The translations under genes and the position numbers were made by a program. A stretch of 64,000 nucleotides of DNA from an uncultured Oscillospiraceae bacterium (GTDB taxonomy: Bacteria > Bacillota > Clostridia > Oscillospirales > Oscillospiraceae), in assembly GCA_947629795.1 (NCBI GenBank), contig CANRFC010000006.1, forward strand, positions 36,286 through 100,285. Direction: 5' to 3'. Numbering within the stretch: the stretch's first letter is position 1; each line of letters opens with the position of its first letter. The notes below the pieces were generated by a model. That model saw only the letters and a program-made list of their open reading frames with translations. It had not been told where the DNA came from and did no database searches. Below are positions 38,574-48,311 of this stretch, piece after piece.

Positions 38574-40367
38574 TTAGGACCTTGATTCTGTTGCATTATT
38601 GCCCATTGGGTTAGACTCTTTATAGTAATATGGATTGAAACCGCTCTTTTTTTCAGAAACTAACTCAGTCGAACGGGCTGGGGTAATGGCCAAGTCGGCA
38701 CTGGCTTCATCATCAAAAATAATAATTTGAAAATCATCTGGGGATATGTCATCGTATGCACCATGGATTACCTTTCCAATAGCCATTTTGTTTTTGAAAT
38801 CAAATGGCTTAGAAATATGATCAATAATTAAAATGGGGATGAGGGGATACCGATCCTCTGCGATAAGCATTTTAAGAAAAGCCAAATAGCCACATAGTTG
38901 AATCAATGTGCGCCGGGCCATACTGCCTGTATAGTAATTTCGTTTTGATTTATCAGTGCTGTCAGTTGAGTCAATTTGAGGTTGAAGAACATTGCCGCTT
39001 TTGATATACGAAATCTGGAACCCCTGATTTTGGAAATCCTGATCCGATAGGTCAGATACATCGATGGATTTCTTATAAAGCCGAGTGATTTCATTTGATA
39101 GTAGGTTGATCTTTTGAGTGTCGTTGCTATTTTGTAAAGCCCGAAGTTCTTCTCGTATTCCTCTTAGTTTGCGGCGGATAATAGAAATATTATCGTCAGA
39201 TTCTATATCATCCCGGTAATAGTCTAAATATTCTTTTATAAGCGTGATTGCACGAGCTTTATCTGAAACTGAATAGATTTTGTAGTATGACTTCATGGAG
39301 AGAATCTGTTCACGAATTTGCTCGCGCTGTTTCTTCAACTCTTTTATAGTGTTTTCCTGGATGAAATATTTATTGAAAGAAATACTGCGATTTAGCTCCT
39401 CTGTTAATTTAATAATTGGTTCCGCCAAATAGCTGTAAGAAACTTCAGATTCAATGATTGCATGCAATTTCTCCAAAAGCGCAATCTGCTTGCGACTATC
39501 ACTTTCAAATGCGCGGTGATCATTCTCGATATTTTCTTGTCGCTTAATTTGCTCATCAAGACTGGTATATATTGCCTCCAATTCAGTAATTGTTAAACCT
39601 CTGTTGATAGTTTCCGATTTCTTAATTTCTGACTGAAAACTATCAATTAGAAGTCGGATATCAGTTGCGTTTTGCCCAGTAAAAACTTTCCTTATGCCAA
39701 GAATTTTTAGCTGGGTGTTAATTCGCAATCTGGTTTCGTTATTTTGTGCTGATATTTTTTCATGATTGTCTAACCGCTCTTTTAATTGAGCTTCTTGATC
39801 CGTCAATTCCTTAATTCGGGCTAAGTTTTTGTTAAACACATAGTTAATAATTGAAGGCAATTTTAGCGCATACTTAATATCAGTGGCTTTATCCCAAAAA
39901 TCATTAAGGATACCTTGTCTGGTTTCACCTAAGAAGTTGAATAGAGTAAATACTCTGTAGCTTACATCTTCTTCGACGAAAGTTCGTAATTCTTTCAGGG
40001 CTTCTTGACTTTGGGAAAAAACTTGGTTCAGTCTTACCCGATACTCGCTGTTACGAATCGGCTCCCCTCGATTTTCATCAGCATAATAGAAATAGTTTTT
40101 GTTTGGCAATTCTATATAGCGTTCGAGTACATAAGTCAATTCGTCTTTTACAAATATCATTTTAGCGTGATCAAGGGAGCCTTGATACCATTCCTTGCTT
40201 TGTAGCTCCACATTTGCACCGAACATATAATCCAAAAACAAATAAAATTCTGTTTTGCCAGAATCGTTTTTTCCACGAAAATAATTGATTCCTGCACTGA
40301 AGTGATATGTATATGGATTGAGGTGCGTTTTAGTGGGATACAAAGTTAGGCTGATAATTCTAAACAA
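38574..40367 (-). CDS. SMC/ABC-type coiled-coil ATPase (LmuB-like, ABC three-component system)
   Basis: TTG start after GAGGTG; Walker A GKNDSGKT; central coiled coil; TGSMARR signature; Walker B LIIDH. Confidence 0.75.
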   Translation of the reverse strand: MFRIISLTLYPTKTHLNPYTYHFSAGINYFRGKNDSGKTEFYLFLDYMFGANVELQSKEWYQGSLDHAKMIFVKDELTYVLERYIELPNKNYFYYADENRGEPIRNSEYRVRLNQVFSQSQEALKELRTFVEEDVSYRVFTLFNFLGETRQGILNDFWDKATDIKYALKLPSIINYVFNKNLARIKELTDQEAQLKERLDNHEKISAQNNETRLRINTQLKILGIRKVFTGQNATDIRLLIDSFQSEIKKSETINRGLTITELEAIYTSLDEQIKRQENIENDHRAFESDSRKQIALLEKLHAIIESEVSYSYLAEPIIKLTEELNRSISFNKYFIQENTIKELKKQREQIREQILSMKSYYKIYSVSDKARAITLIKEYLDYYRDDIESDDNISIIRRKLRGIREELRALQNSNDTQKINLLSNEITRLYKKSIDVSDLSDQDFQNQGFQISYIKSGNVLQPQIDSTDSTDKSKRNYYTGSMARRTLIQLCGYLAFLKMLIAEDRYPLIPILIIDHISKPFDFKNKMAIGKVIHGAYDDISPDDFQIIIFDDEASADLAITPARSTELVSEKKSGFNPYYYKESNPMGNNATESRS

Positions 40368-40803
40368 TATTAAGCACCTCTTTCCAAAATTGACGATCGG
40401 TATAGTCTGTACTTTCTTCAATGGTAGCAATCGTGAAAGAACCATAGTCTTCGGCAGATACGCTGGCGGGGTGTTTACAAAGTAGTTCACTTTCATGCAA
40501 TTCACAAAAACCGATTTTTATCAGTAGATCAAGTGACTCAAGAATATATGGCAGCTGTGAGCAAAACTCATCATAGCATCCAGATACTTGCGATAAAAAT
40601 TTGAGGACAAGGTCTGAGCGATTTTTTCCAGTATAGCAGCCACTATGCAAATAGGTAACCTTTTTAATTGTATAACTAAAAGCGGCCAATTTTACAATGC
40701 TCATGCTCCGATGGTAGGCAAGAAGATTTTTGATTATATCACAGTACATACTAACTTGGACGACTTCGATTGCCTTTACAATTTTGGCGTTGTTAGGCAT
40801 CAT
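40360..40803 (-). CDS. Middle component of an ABC-3C / Lamassu-like system (LmuC-like)
   Basis: ~147-aa helical ORF overlapping both neighbours; position between effector and ATPase. Confidence 0.6.
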   Translation of the reverse strand: MMPNNAKIVKAIEVVQVSMYCDIIKNLLAYHRSMSIVKLAAFSYTIKKVTYLHSGCYTGKNRSDLVLKFLSQVSGCYDEFCSQLPYILESLDLLIKIGFCELHESELLCKHPASVSAEDYGSFTIATIEESTDYTDRQFWKEVLNIV

Positions 40804-41950
40804 TTCCTTCATCCTTCCATGAAATTTGATTTGGATTGTCATCTCCTGTTAGATAGATATATGCTCCCCAGCGTGAAAACTCATTCTCAAGATAAGATAT
40901 TGGCATTGTTTTAGTCTTAACTAAGCGCAATTTAGGGCTATCTTTTCCCATTACTTGAAGCTCTATAACAACCCCTTGGTGGTTGTTATAGGCAATCCCC
41001 TCTATTGATGCGATTGTATCACCATGAGCGTCCAATAAATAGTGCTGACGGAAGTTTTCGTAATATTGCTCCCATCTCATATGATTTAATATTTGCTCTA
41101 CCGGTAAGCCGCAATATGCCAATTGTCGATACTCCCTACAGGCCATTAGTGATTCGTCCAGAACAAGAGGCTTGGTGGTTTTGATAAATGCTTGATAATC
41201 AGGATCATATCTGTCGGGTGAGATATCCCTGCAGATTTCTTCACACAATTGTTCAAACTCACTGTTTGTGCATATGTACGGGTTGTGCGCTAAAGCGCAA
41301 TCTATGATGCGAGAGCATATGCGACTAAATAGTTCTTTAATTCTGCGTTCAAAAAACACGGGCCCGATAATTCCGGCAGTCGCATGAAATTCTCGCTGTA
41401 CAACATTTGATAAGGCAGTGTCCACCGCTTCACACACAATTGACTTGTTATTAACAATAAAATTATAGTCCTTTTTGAAACGCTCAAAATCCCCGCTATA
41501 GAGTGTTTTAACTCGCGAAACCAATGCAAGAGGTGCCTCTGCAGATTCTGTAATTATTTTATATTCTTGTTCTGGACCACTGCGAAAGGCAGCCTGGGAC
41601 ACAGTGCGACCCTTTTCTGAATAAAGTATAAAACTGGTAATAGAAGGCTCTGCGTCGTATGCTAATAGCCAATTATATAGTATTTTTCGGCTGATTTCAG
41701 CGCTAACATTTGCCTTTTTAACCTGGACAGCTTTAACGCTTCCATCACTGGCCTTTATGCGTTTGAGACAGTGATCTTCCTGCTTGTCGCTGTTAATAAT
41801 ATCAGTAACGACAACATCATCTAAAGTTTCAAACTCTACTTGTTGCCCTTCATTAGTTTGAGAAAGAAGCAATAAAAACACTTTCATCTGATAAGCAAAG
41901 CCAGAAAGACTGACCAATCCAGAGTTAGTAATACTGCCGTGTGGAGACAT
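40793..41950 (-). CDS. Cap4-like PD-(D/E)XK nuclease effector with a C-terminal domain (LmuA-like)
   Basis: SGFAYQ...EFETLDDVVV...VQVKK nuclease pattern; first gene of the trio. Confidence 0.7.
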   Translation of the reverse strand: MSPHGSITNSGLVSLSGFAYQMKVFLLLLSQTNEGQQVEFETLDDVVVTDIINSDKQEDHCLKRIKASDGSVKAVQVKKANVSAEISRKILYNWLLAYDAEPSITSFILYSEKGRTVSQAAFRSGPEQEYKIITESAEAPLALVSRVKTLYSGDFERFKKDYNFIVNNKSIVCEAVDTALSNVVQREFHATAGIIGPVFFERRIKELFSRICSRIIDCALAHNPYICTNSEFEQLCEEICRDISPDRYDPDYQAFIKTTKPLVLDESLMACREYRQLAYCGLPVEQILNHMRWEQYYENFRQHYLLDAHGDTIASIEGIAYNNHQGVVIELQVMGKDSPKLRLVKTKTMPISYLENEFSRWGAYIYLTGDDNPNQISWKDEGNDA

Positions 41951-42348
41951 ATTAACACCACCCTTACCCAGATGAAAATATCTCAATTAAGAGGCCATGC
42001 AAATTTTTGTATAGACGACCTTATCGCTATGAGCCATATGCCTTATATTAAATTATATGATATCCTGAATATAATTTCAAGTTAATATATGTTGGAATGA
42101 AGTTTCCTGCCTGTTTTAGGTTGAGTCAACGGAAAAAGGAGCACCACCCCGGTCGGCCGCTTAAATACAACCGAGGCAACAAATGCTTGGCAATAAACAA
42201 TGAGAAAGATACTAAAATGAGCCGCTTCCATGAAGATCCAGGATGTGGTCTTAATATAAAAGCGATTGCGAGGGAGTTGTACAGTTTATACTTGGGTTAT
42301 TCGGAAGTGCTTCCAAATGCTTGCTTGGCGAGAAGGCTTCGTTGCAAC

Positions 42349-42386
42349 AAAACACGCAGGATCAGAAGGCTGATCCTGCGTGTTTG
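42349..42386 (-). terminator. Terminator downstream of the methylase
   Basis: AAACACGCAGGATCAG / CTGATCCTGCGTGTTT perfect 16-bp stem. Confidence 0.7.
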
Positions 42387-42394
42387 AAAATTGG

Positions 42395-43294
42395 TTAAAA
42401 ATTTTTGATTAAAAGCTCCTTAATATACCCACGGTCATTTGCGACGCTATTAATTTTGCGCTTTGCATCTATTCGCTGCACATCATAATCTGCGTATAAT
42501 TCTTCAAAAAAATCGTCTTCTGGATCAACATTTTTGGGATCTGAATTACTCAAAATAATATATGCACCGCAGGCACCTATTTCCTCTATAAATCCAGCAA
42601 GTTCCTTTTGACAACTATCATCAAATTCGACTTCAGTGTAGGAAATAAAACTATCACGGCCCTTTAGGGGGCGGTAAGGAGGGTCAAGATAAACCAGCGT
42701 GTGGGCATCTATAAAACCTCGGGAGGCAGTATAGTCTCCGCAAACGATCTGAACATCTGAAAGAGCGGCTGAAACGGCTCTGATATTTTCTGCATGGCAA
42801 ATTAGAGGATTAGCCTGATTCCCTTGTGGAACATTAAATAGGCCTTGACGATTTGCTCGATAAAGGCCATTGAAGCAAGTGCGGTTCAAGAAAATGAACA
42901 ACGCTGCACTTTTGATGCCTTTTTTACTTTCTCCACTTTGGATAAGATGGTTAAAATCCGTTCGCCTTTCGTAGTAATACTTCTTGCGAGCATCGGCGTC
43001 AAGAGACAAGTATTCCTTTTGGTATGTACCCAGCATTGCAATGAGGGACTCTGGCTGATCTCGAACCATCAAATACATATTAATTAGTTCAGCGTTGACA
43101 TCACTGATATACACTTCGTCTAATTCGTATTTAGAAAGAATGTCAAAAAGAACGGCGCCTCCGCCCACAAAGGGTTCTGCATATCGGCGTATAGTATTCC
43201 CAAAGCCCGGGGGATATGCATGGGAGATATCACCTAACAGCTGTGTCTTTCCTCCTGCCCATTTTAGAATAGGCTTTGGAACTTGCCGCTGCAC
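42395..43294 (-). CDS. Dam-family (D12 class) N6-adenine DNA methyltransferase
   Basis: KWAGGK, YAEPFVGGGAV, FNGLYR, VYLDPPY; GTG 43294 lies 7 nt after GGAGG. Confidence 0.93.
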   Translation of the reverse strand: MQRQVPKPILKWAGGKTQLLGDISHAYPPGFGNTIRRYAEPFVGGGAVLFDILSKYELDEVYISDVNAELINMYLMVRDQPESLIAMLGTYQKEYLSLDADARKKYYYERRTDFNHLIQSGESKKGIKSAALFIFLNRTCFNGLYRANRQGLFNVPQGNQANPLICHAENIRAVSAALSDVQIVCGDYTASRGFIDAHTLVYLDPPYRPLKGRDSFISYTEVEFDDSCQKELAGFIEEIGACGAYIILSNSDPKNVDPEDDFFEELYADYDVQRIDAKRKINSVANDRGYIKELLIKNF

Positions 43295-43455
43295 ATACGT
43301 CACCTCCCAGAATGGCGATATTTACTTAAGTGTAACACAAGTCGTCTGAAATTGGAACAGATTTTAAGAACTTTGTTTGGACATTGAGTTACATTGCGGC
43401 TGCAGCAGCTTGAAGATAATATAGGAAAAATATTTTAAAAAAATTACAAAAATAC

Positions 43456-43484
43456 TTGACAAATATTTTGCTATATAGTATCGT
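43456..43484 (+). promoter_or_regulatory. Sigma-A promoter of the GHKL operon
   Basis: TTGACA-17-TATCGT; an alternative TGnTATATA is also present. Confidence 0.55.
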
Positions 43485-43507
43485 ATGGGTGACGGAGGTG
43501 TCGAATT

Positions 43508-43729
43508 ATGGCTGTAGATAAAAAGGCAAATTTTATTAGGATCGCGGAGGCAAGAACAAATAGAATTATTGAAAGTATTGCGCAATTAGGGAATTTGTCT
43601 AACACGTCCTATTACGAATATACACCTGAGCAGATAGAGGCAATATTTGCGGCCATTCAAGCCGAACTGGATAACCAGAAAAAGCGGTTTTCTGAAAAAA
43701 CATCTAAAAGAAAAAGATTTCGTCTGTGA
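43508..43729 (+). CDS. Small basic helical protein, first gene of the GHKL operon
   Basis: GGAGGTG RBS; 73 aa; amphipathic helices and a basic C-terminus. Confidence 0.75.
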   Translation: MAVDKKANFIRIAEARTNRIIESIAQLGNLSNTSYYEYTPEQIEAIFAAIQAELDNQKKRFSEKTSKRKRFRL

Positions 43730-43743
43730 GGAGGGTGAAATAA

Positions 43744-45672
43744 ATGAGTGAAAAAATGTGGAGATTTCCCGATAATCGGTACACAAACGAGAACGGCCTT
43801 GATACCAGTGATATGGAGACATTTAAGAAGGATCCGGTATCTTCGCTGGCGAGAGAGATCTGCCAGAATTCAATTGATGCGGGTTTTCAGAAAAAGCCTG
43901 TTCGAGTGGTCTTTAGTCTGTTTCAGGTTGGACGGGAGGAAATTCCTGGTGTTGATGAGTTAGAAAAACAAATTACGGCTTGTTATGAGTATAAAAAAGG
44001 GTCTCCCAAAGAAGGGCCGGCACTGGCTGAACTGAAAAAATCCATTAAGAAATCAAAAATTACGTGTCTTCGGATTAGTGATTTTAATACGACAGGGGTT
44101 GAGGGAGCGACAACCAACAAGCGAGGGACTCCGTTTTATAATCTGACCAAAGGTTCGGGTGTCAGTGATAAAGGCGGAAGTATGGGTGGGTCCAAGGGTA
44201 TTGGAAAATTCGCATCCTTTGTAGTAAGTAATACAAATACTGTTTTTTATTCCACGCGCGCAAAGGACGGTTCCTGCGCTCATATTGGAATAAGCAAACT
44301 TCGTTCGACTCCAATCCCTGGCGAGGATACCGACCTTCTTACTATGGGGATCGGATACTATGGGATTAGCGAGAAAAACCTTCCCATTATGGAAGAAATC
44401 CACCTTGATAGGGGATTTAGCCGCGGCGAGAAGGAATATGGCACAGATGTGTATATTATTGGATTTAATGCTTTCAGAGGATGGCAGAGTGACATCATAG
44501 CAAAAGTTTTGGAAAGTTTTATGGTTGCCATTGTTCGTGGAGATCTGGAAGTCGTTGTTAATAATATCTCCGTCAATGCAAATACTGTGAGAGAGATCAT
44601 CTATGGGGATGAGTTTCAGAATGAGCGCACGCGGACAGAGGTGCGCGAGATTCGAGCGCAATACGAGTTGTTACAAGATGATGAGTCAGTAGCAGTACAG
44701 GAGATTCAAATTGATGAAGACAATTCCGCCACCGTTTACATAAAGCGATACGGGCAGACAGATGAGATGGCCGCCACGAGACACTGCGTGATGGTGAGAT
44801 ACCCATACATGAAAATCATGTATATACGGCCTGGGGCTTACCTTCCGTTTTCTGCGCTTTGTGTCATTCATGACAATGATCTCAATAAGAAGTTGCGGGC
44901 AATTGAAAACCCTCAGCATACTGATTGGGAAATTAAGCGACTGAATGATTTCCCTGATGAAAAAAGGGAGACCAGGAGAATGAAGAAAGAGTTAGAGCAA
45001 GCGGTTACTGAATTTATTCGGAGTACTCTTCGTGAGAGCTCCGGGGAGTCGACAGACATAGAAGGTGCTGGAGAGTTTTTGCCTTCACAGGATGAACTCG
45101 GAAGTGTCGCTGGGAGCGCAGTTACAGATGAACAGGTGCAACTCCGCCCAGTTTCCGCAGTGAAAGTGCAGACTCCCAAGACCGTAAAAGCAGGGGAACG
45201 CGGCGAAAGCTATGAATTCGCCGATGGTGATCTAACGGACAACGGGGAGGGCGGGAAAATGCTCAAGAAGAAAAAGAAGCCGGAACCGCAGCCAAATCCC
45301 GAGCCGAAGTCCGAGCCGAAAGGCAGTACCGAAGTAGAGCCAGGCAAGTCACCAGTGCTCAAAAAGGTTCCGCTTAGTGGTATGCGTTATCGTACGGTAG
45401 TTACAGACAAAACCAGTGGGAAGTATGATTGTATTTTTACTTCCCAATACGATGAGAGCGATTGCGAATTTGCCATTCGCCTTTGTGGAGAGGCGGCAGA
45501 TAAGTATCCCATAGAGATCAAATCTGCCTCAATTGATGGCGTAGATTGTGAAGTTGTAAAAGGTAAAATTGTTGGAATGAAGATTGAGAAAGGAAAAACT
45601 TATAAGATATCATACTCCGTGAATAGTAGCGAAATGTTTGCGAGTGAGGTGATTTTAAGTGCAAATCGGTAA
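43744..45672 (+). CDS. GHKL (MORC/Hsp90/MutL-like) ATPase with an uncharacterised C-terminal region
   Basis: N box REICQNSIDA, G1 ISDFNTTG, G2 GGSKGIGKFASF. Confidence 0.8.
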   Translation: MSEKMWRFPDNRYTNENGLDTSDMETFKKDPVSSLAREICQNSIDAGFQKKPVRVVFSLFQVGREEIPGVDELEKQITACYEYKKGSPKEGPALAELKKSIKKSKITCLRISDFNTTGVEGATTNKRGTPFYNLTKGSGVSDKGGSMGGSKGIGKFASFVVSNTNTVFYSTRAKDGSCAHIGISKLRSTPIPGEDTDLLTMGIGYYGISEKNLPIMEEIHLDRGFSRGEKEYGTDVYIIGFNAFRGWQSDIIAKVLESFMVAIVRGDLEVVVNNISVNANTVREIIYGDEFQNERTRTEVREIRAQYELLQDDESVAVQEIQIDEDNSATVYIKRYGQTDEMAATRHCVMVRYPYMKIMYIRPGAYLPFSALCVIHDNDLNKKLRAIENPQHTDWEIKRLNDFPDEKRETRRMKKELEQAVTEFIRSTLRESSGESTDIEGAGEFLPSQDELGSVAGSAVTDEQVQLRPVSAVKVQTPKTVKAGERGESYEFADGDLTDNGEGGKMLKKKKKPEPQPNPEPKSEPKGSTEVEPGKSPVLKKVPLSGMRYRTVVTDKTSGKYDCIFTSQYDESDCEFAIRLCGEAADKYPIEIKSASIDGVDCEVVKGKIVGMKIEKGKTYKISYSVNSSEMFASEVILSANR

Positions 45673-46588
45673 TCGAATTTTTCCGTACCCTGTTTTGAAT
45701 CGTGATGAGTTCCTCTCCGACTATGTAGCGGGGGCCATATTTAGGTTGGAGTTCGATGTGGGTGAAGACGGGATCCCATTTATTGAAAACGGAGAGGTGA
45801 TATTTAAAAATCTCCATTACACACTCGAAGATGATTCGCTTGCTGAGTTGGTAAAGGAAGGAAAAGTAAGAGGCGCATTTATTGTGGAGTGTTCAGCCTC
45901 TGTGTATAGAAAGCGCTTTGACATCTCTAATATTCCAACGGATCTCCACATTTCTGCGTGCGAACTTAACGGGAATGTTGTAGCATCCTGCTATCTATAT
46001 GCGGTAGAGAGCATTCCTGATTTTAAGAGTGCTGGGTTTGTCCCTGAATATACTGGGTATTCTTTTGAGATTGACAAGTTTGACATTCTTGCTGTAGATG
46101 ATGGATTTAAGTTTAAAGTTGAACTTGACCCAACGGAGGATGATAAGGTAGCTTCTATCTTTACCGTGGTAAAAAAGGAAAACGAAGATGATGTGATGAC
46201 GTATGCTAACAATGAGAAAAGTATTGTTATCCATCTTCCATCTGCAATCTATGAGGCTTATGATAATATTAAAATGAAAAAAGAGTACAATAATATTGCG
46301 TTTGCCATATTAGCGATTCCGGTTTTGGCAAGTTGCTTAGAAGAAGTTTATACCGAGTGCAGTAGTGACACAATGGAAGAACTCCTCGAAGCACACCCGT
46401 GGTTTCGTGCGGTATGTGTTAGCTATAAGAATAGAACTGGCAAAGAACTGCTTTATGAGGATTTTGTAAGTGCAAATAAGCTTGAACTTGCCCAGATGGT
46501 GTTAAATAGTGCATCCTGCAATGGCCTCAAAGATTTCGGCGATATGCTATTGGGAAGCGTGGAAGAAAGTGGTGATGATGATGAGTAA
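45659..46588 (+). CDS. Uncharacterised protein, translationally coupled to the GHKL ATPase
   Basis: GTG start after GAGGTG, overlapping the upstream stop; starts QIGNRIFPYPVL; beta-rich N-half, helical C-half. Confidence 0.8.
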   Translation: MQIGNRIFPYPVLNRDEFLSDYVAGAIFRLEFDVGEDGIPFIENGEVIFKNLHYTLEDDSLAELVKEGKVRGAFIVECSASVYRKRFDISNIPTDLHISACELNGNVVASCYLYAVESIPDFKSAGFVPEYTGYSFEIDKFDILAVDDGFKFKVELDPTEDDKVASIFTVVKKENEDDVMTYANNEKSIVIHLPSAIYEAYDNIKMKKEYNNIAFAILAIPVLASCLEEVYTECSSDTMEELLEAHPWFRAVCVSYKNRTGKELLYEDFVSANKLELAQMVLNSASCNGLKDFGDMLLGSVEESGDDDE

Positions 46589-47393
46589 AATTCATATTAA
46601 ATACATGACTGATGAGGCGCTGGAGACGTTGAAAGCTAATATCGATGTCATCACCGAAAAGCTGATCGAAAACCCTGACAGCTCTGCATGGTTAAGGAAT
46701 TTTATTCCTTGTGAGCTATATGTTACCAAGAAGTATGAGATTGAAGAATTTGCTCTGCGCCAACCAAAGGATGACAAAGATCGAGAGACGGATATTTATA
46801 ACTCCATTTTGTTATACGAGAGGCTCAAAGATCTTCCCCTCTATGTTTTGACAGATGAACGATTTTGGTGTTGGATGAACTTTGAAATGGGGTACTCGGT
46901 TGCGTTGAAGTATATGCCGGTCAAAAAGAATTCGTCTGTTTTTAAAGACCACTGGCTGCTCACGCAGGGCAAAAGACGCGGCTTGTTCTTTGGCGTTTTA
47001 TCCCGTTGCTACTTTCGAGTTGCACTATCCATTGATTCAGAACTTGATGATCCATACGAATTAACTCGATTTGTTATTGAGAATCCCCTTCGCTTTAGAG
47101 AGTTAACATGGCGCTCGTTTTCCAGCGAGAAAATGATTGTCCTCGGGACATTGAAAGCGGAGAAGCGAGTCCAGGCGGAATTCCCTCAGATTGAGGAAAG
47201 CACAAAGCATTTTGCAGAGATTGCAAAGCACCTGTCAAAATTGGGGAGTGTTATGCTTCTTGACTGTATGACAGAAAGAGACATAGAAGAGTACATATAT
47301 GCGAAATATAAGGCGATGATTGAGGAAGAACTTTCACACCAAGGAGTCTTTGACAAGATTAAAATGGCCTTTGCAAAGGCATATACTCATTAA
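46578..47393 (+). CDS. DUF6339-like helical protein
   Basis: LYERLKDL...TDERFW...DPYELT pattern recalled for DUF6339; overlaps the upstream stop; three tandem ATGs at 46575-46581. Confidence 0.6.
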   Translation: MMSKIHIKYMTDEALETLKANIDVITEKLIENPDSSAWLRNFIPCELYVTKKYEIEEFALRQPKDDKDRETDIYNSILLYERLKDLPLYVLTDERFWCWMNFEMGYSVALKYMPVKKNSSVFKDHWLLTQGKRRGLFFGVLSRCYFRVALSIDSELDDPYELTRFVIENPLRFRELTWRSFSSEKMIVLGTLKAEKRVQAEFPQIEESTKHFAEIAKHLSKLGSVMLLDCMTERDIEEYIYAKYKAMIEEELSHQGVFDKIKMAFAKAYTH

Positions 47394-47433
47394 TGATTTG
47401 ATGGAAATATCTACCTTGCAATAAACGAATGAA

Positions 47434-47469
47434 AAGGCCGGGAGCGGGTCGTGATCCGCTCCCGGCCTT
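47434..47469. terminator. Hairpin between convergent genes
   Basis: AAGGCCGGGAGCGG / CCGCTCCCGGCCTT 14-bp stem. Confidence 0.7.
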
Positions 47470-47478
47470 GCTATATCC

Positions 47479-48210
47479 TCACAACTGATCCAGCTTCCGC
47501 GCCACTTCCTCGTCTGTCAGTTCGCCCCGTTCAGATTGAGCCACCAACTCCTGCGCCTGGGCTACGGCGGCGTTCCATTCGTCCACGCTGATCTTGCCTC
47601 TCTGCTTTCGGACTTTCAGGCGGTTGTAGGCCCGGTCGTACTCCCGCTGGGCTGGGGTGCGGTTGGCGCGGCCCTGGGCCTCCTTGCGGTGGGCGCCCAC
47701 TTTGCGGCAGGTGCGCTCGGTCTCGCCGGGGGCGATGTTGTTGCAGTAGCAGGTGTTGTACCCGGCGGTCAGGAGAAAATAGCGTCCGCAGTTGTGACAC
47801 CGCCTCGGAGCATTGCCTGCGGCCAGTCCCCGGTAAAACTCCGTGCGCAAAAAGTCTGTCAGACTGCTGAAGGTGGCCTTCTCCGCGATGAAGATCTTGC
47901 CCGCCTCGGTGGGGTGCATCATAGGCACAAAACTGACCTCCAAGGGGAAGCTCTGCTGGAAGTTCTCGTGAAATATATGGGCGCTGACCGAGAGCATATG
48001 GGCGTAGAAGTAGGAGTAAGCGCCGGCATAGGCGTGGGCGTTCCTCCGCTTCAGCGGCTCGAAGTACTGCTCCGTCATGAGGGCTATCTGCCCCCGCAGA
48101 TCCCGGAGGTCGGTCGCGAAGCAGGTAAAGCCTGCAAGCATTCCCAGAAACATGGCGTAGCCCTCCGAGGTGGGATCCTGTACCTGCGCCCACTTCTCCT
48201 CATCTGCCAT
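47479..48210 (-). CDS. DUF6076-like protein with a Zn-finger (possibly 5'-truncated)
   Basis: RRCHNCGRYFL...CYC...RTCRKVGA Cys cluster; higher GC than its neighbours. Confidence 0.6.
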   Translation of the reverse strand: MADEEKWAQVQDPTSEGYAMFLGMLAGFTCFATDLRDLRGQIALMTEQYFEPLKRRNAHAYAGAYSYFYAHMLSVSAHIFHENFQQSFPLEVSFVPMMHPTEAGKIFIAEKATFSSLTDFLRTEFYRGLAAGNAPRRCHNCGRYFLLTAGYNTCYCNNIAPGETERTCRKVGAHRKEAQGRANRTPAQREYDRAYNRLKVRKQRGKISVDEWNAAVAQAQELVAQSERGELTDEEVARKLDQL

Positions 48211-48311
48211 GAGCCGCTCAAAGGTGTGGAAATTGCGTAAGCGTCAAATCTAACAGCGTATAAAGACACCGTGCTCGGGGGTGAGCACGGTGTCCTTTTA
48301 CGCGGATAGCT

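Noticed and set aside
42097-42387. 96-aa ORF convergent on the methylase
   Set aside because: No RBS or motif, and it runs through the terminator hairpin; probably spurious.
43744-47393. Assigning the GHKL operon to Mza, Tiamat or a histidine kinase
   Set aside because: No Z1, AIPR, DUF4420 or DUF3883-type motifs recognised and no HisKA phospho-His box; left unnamed.
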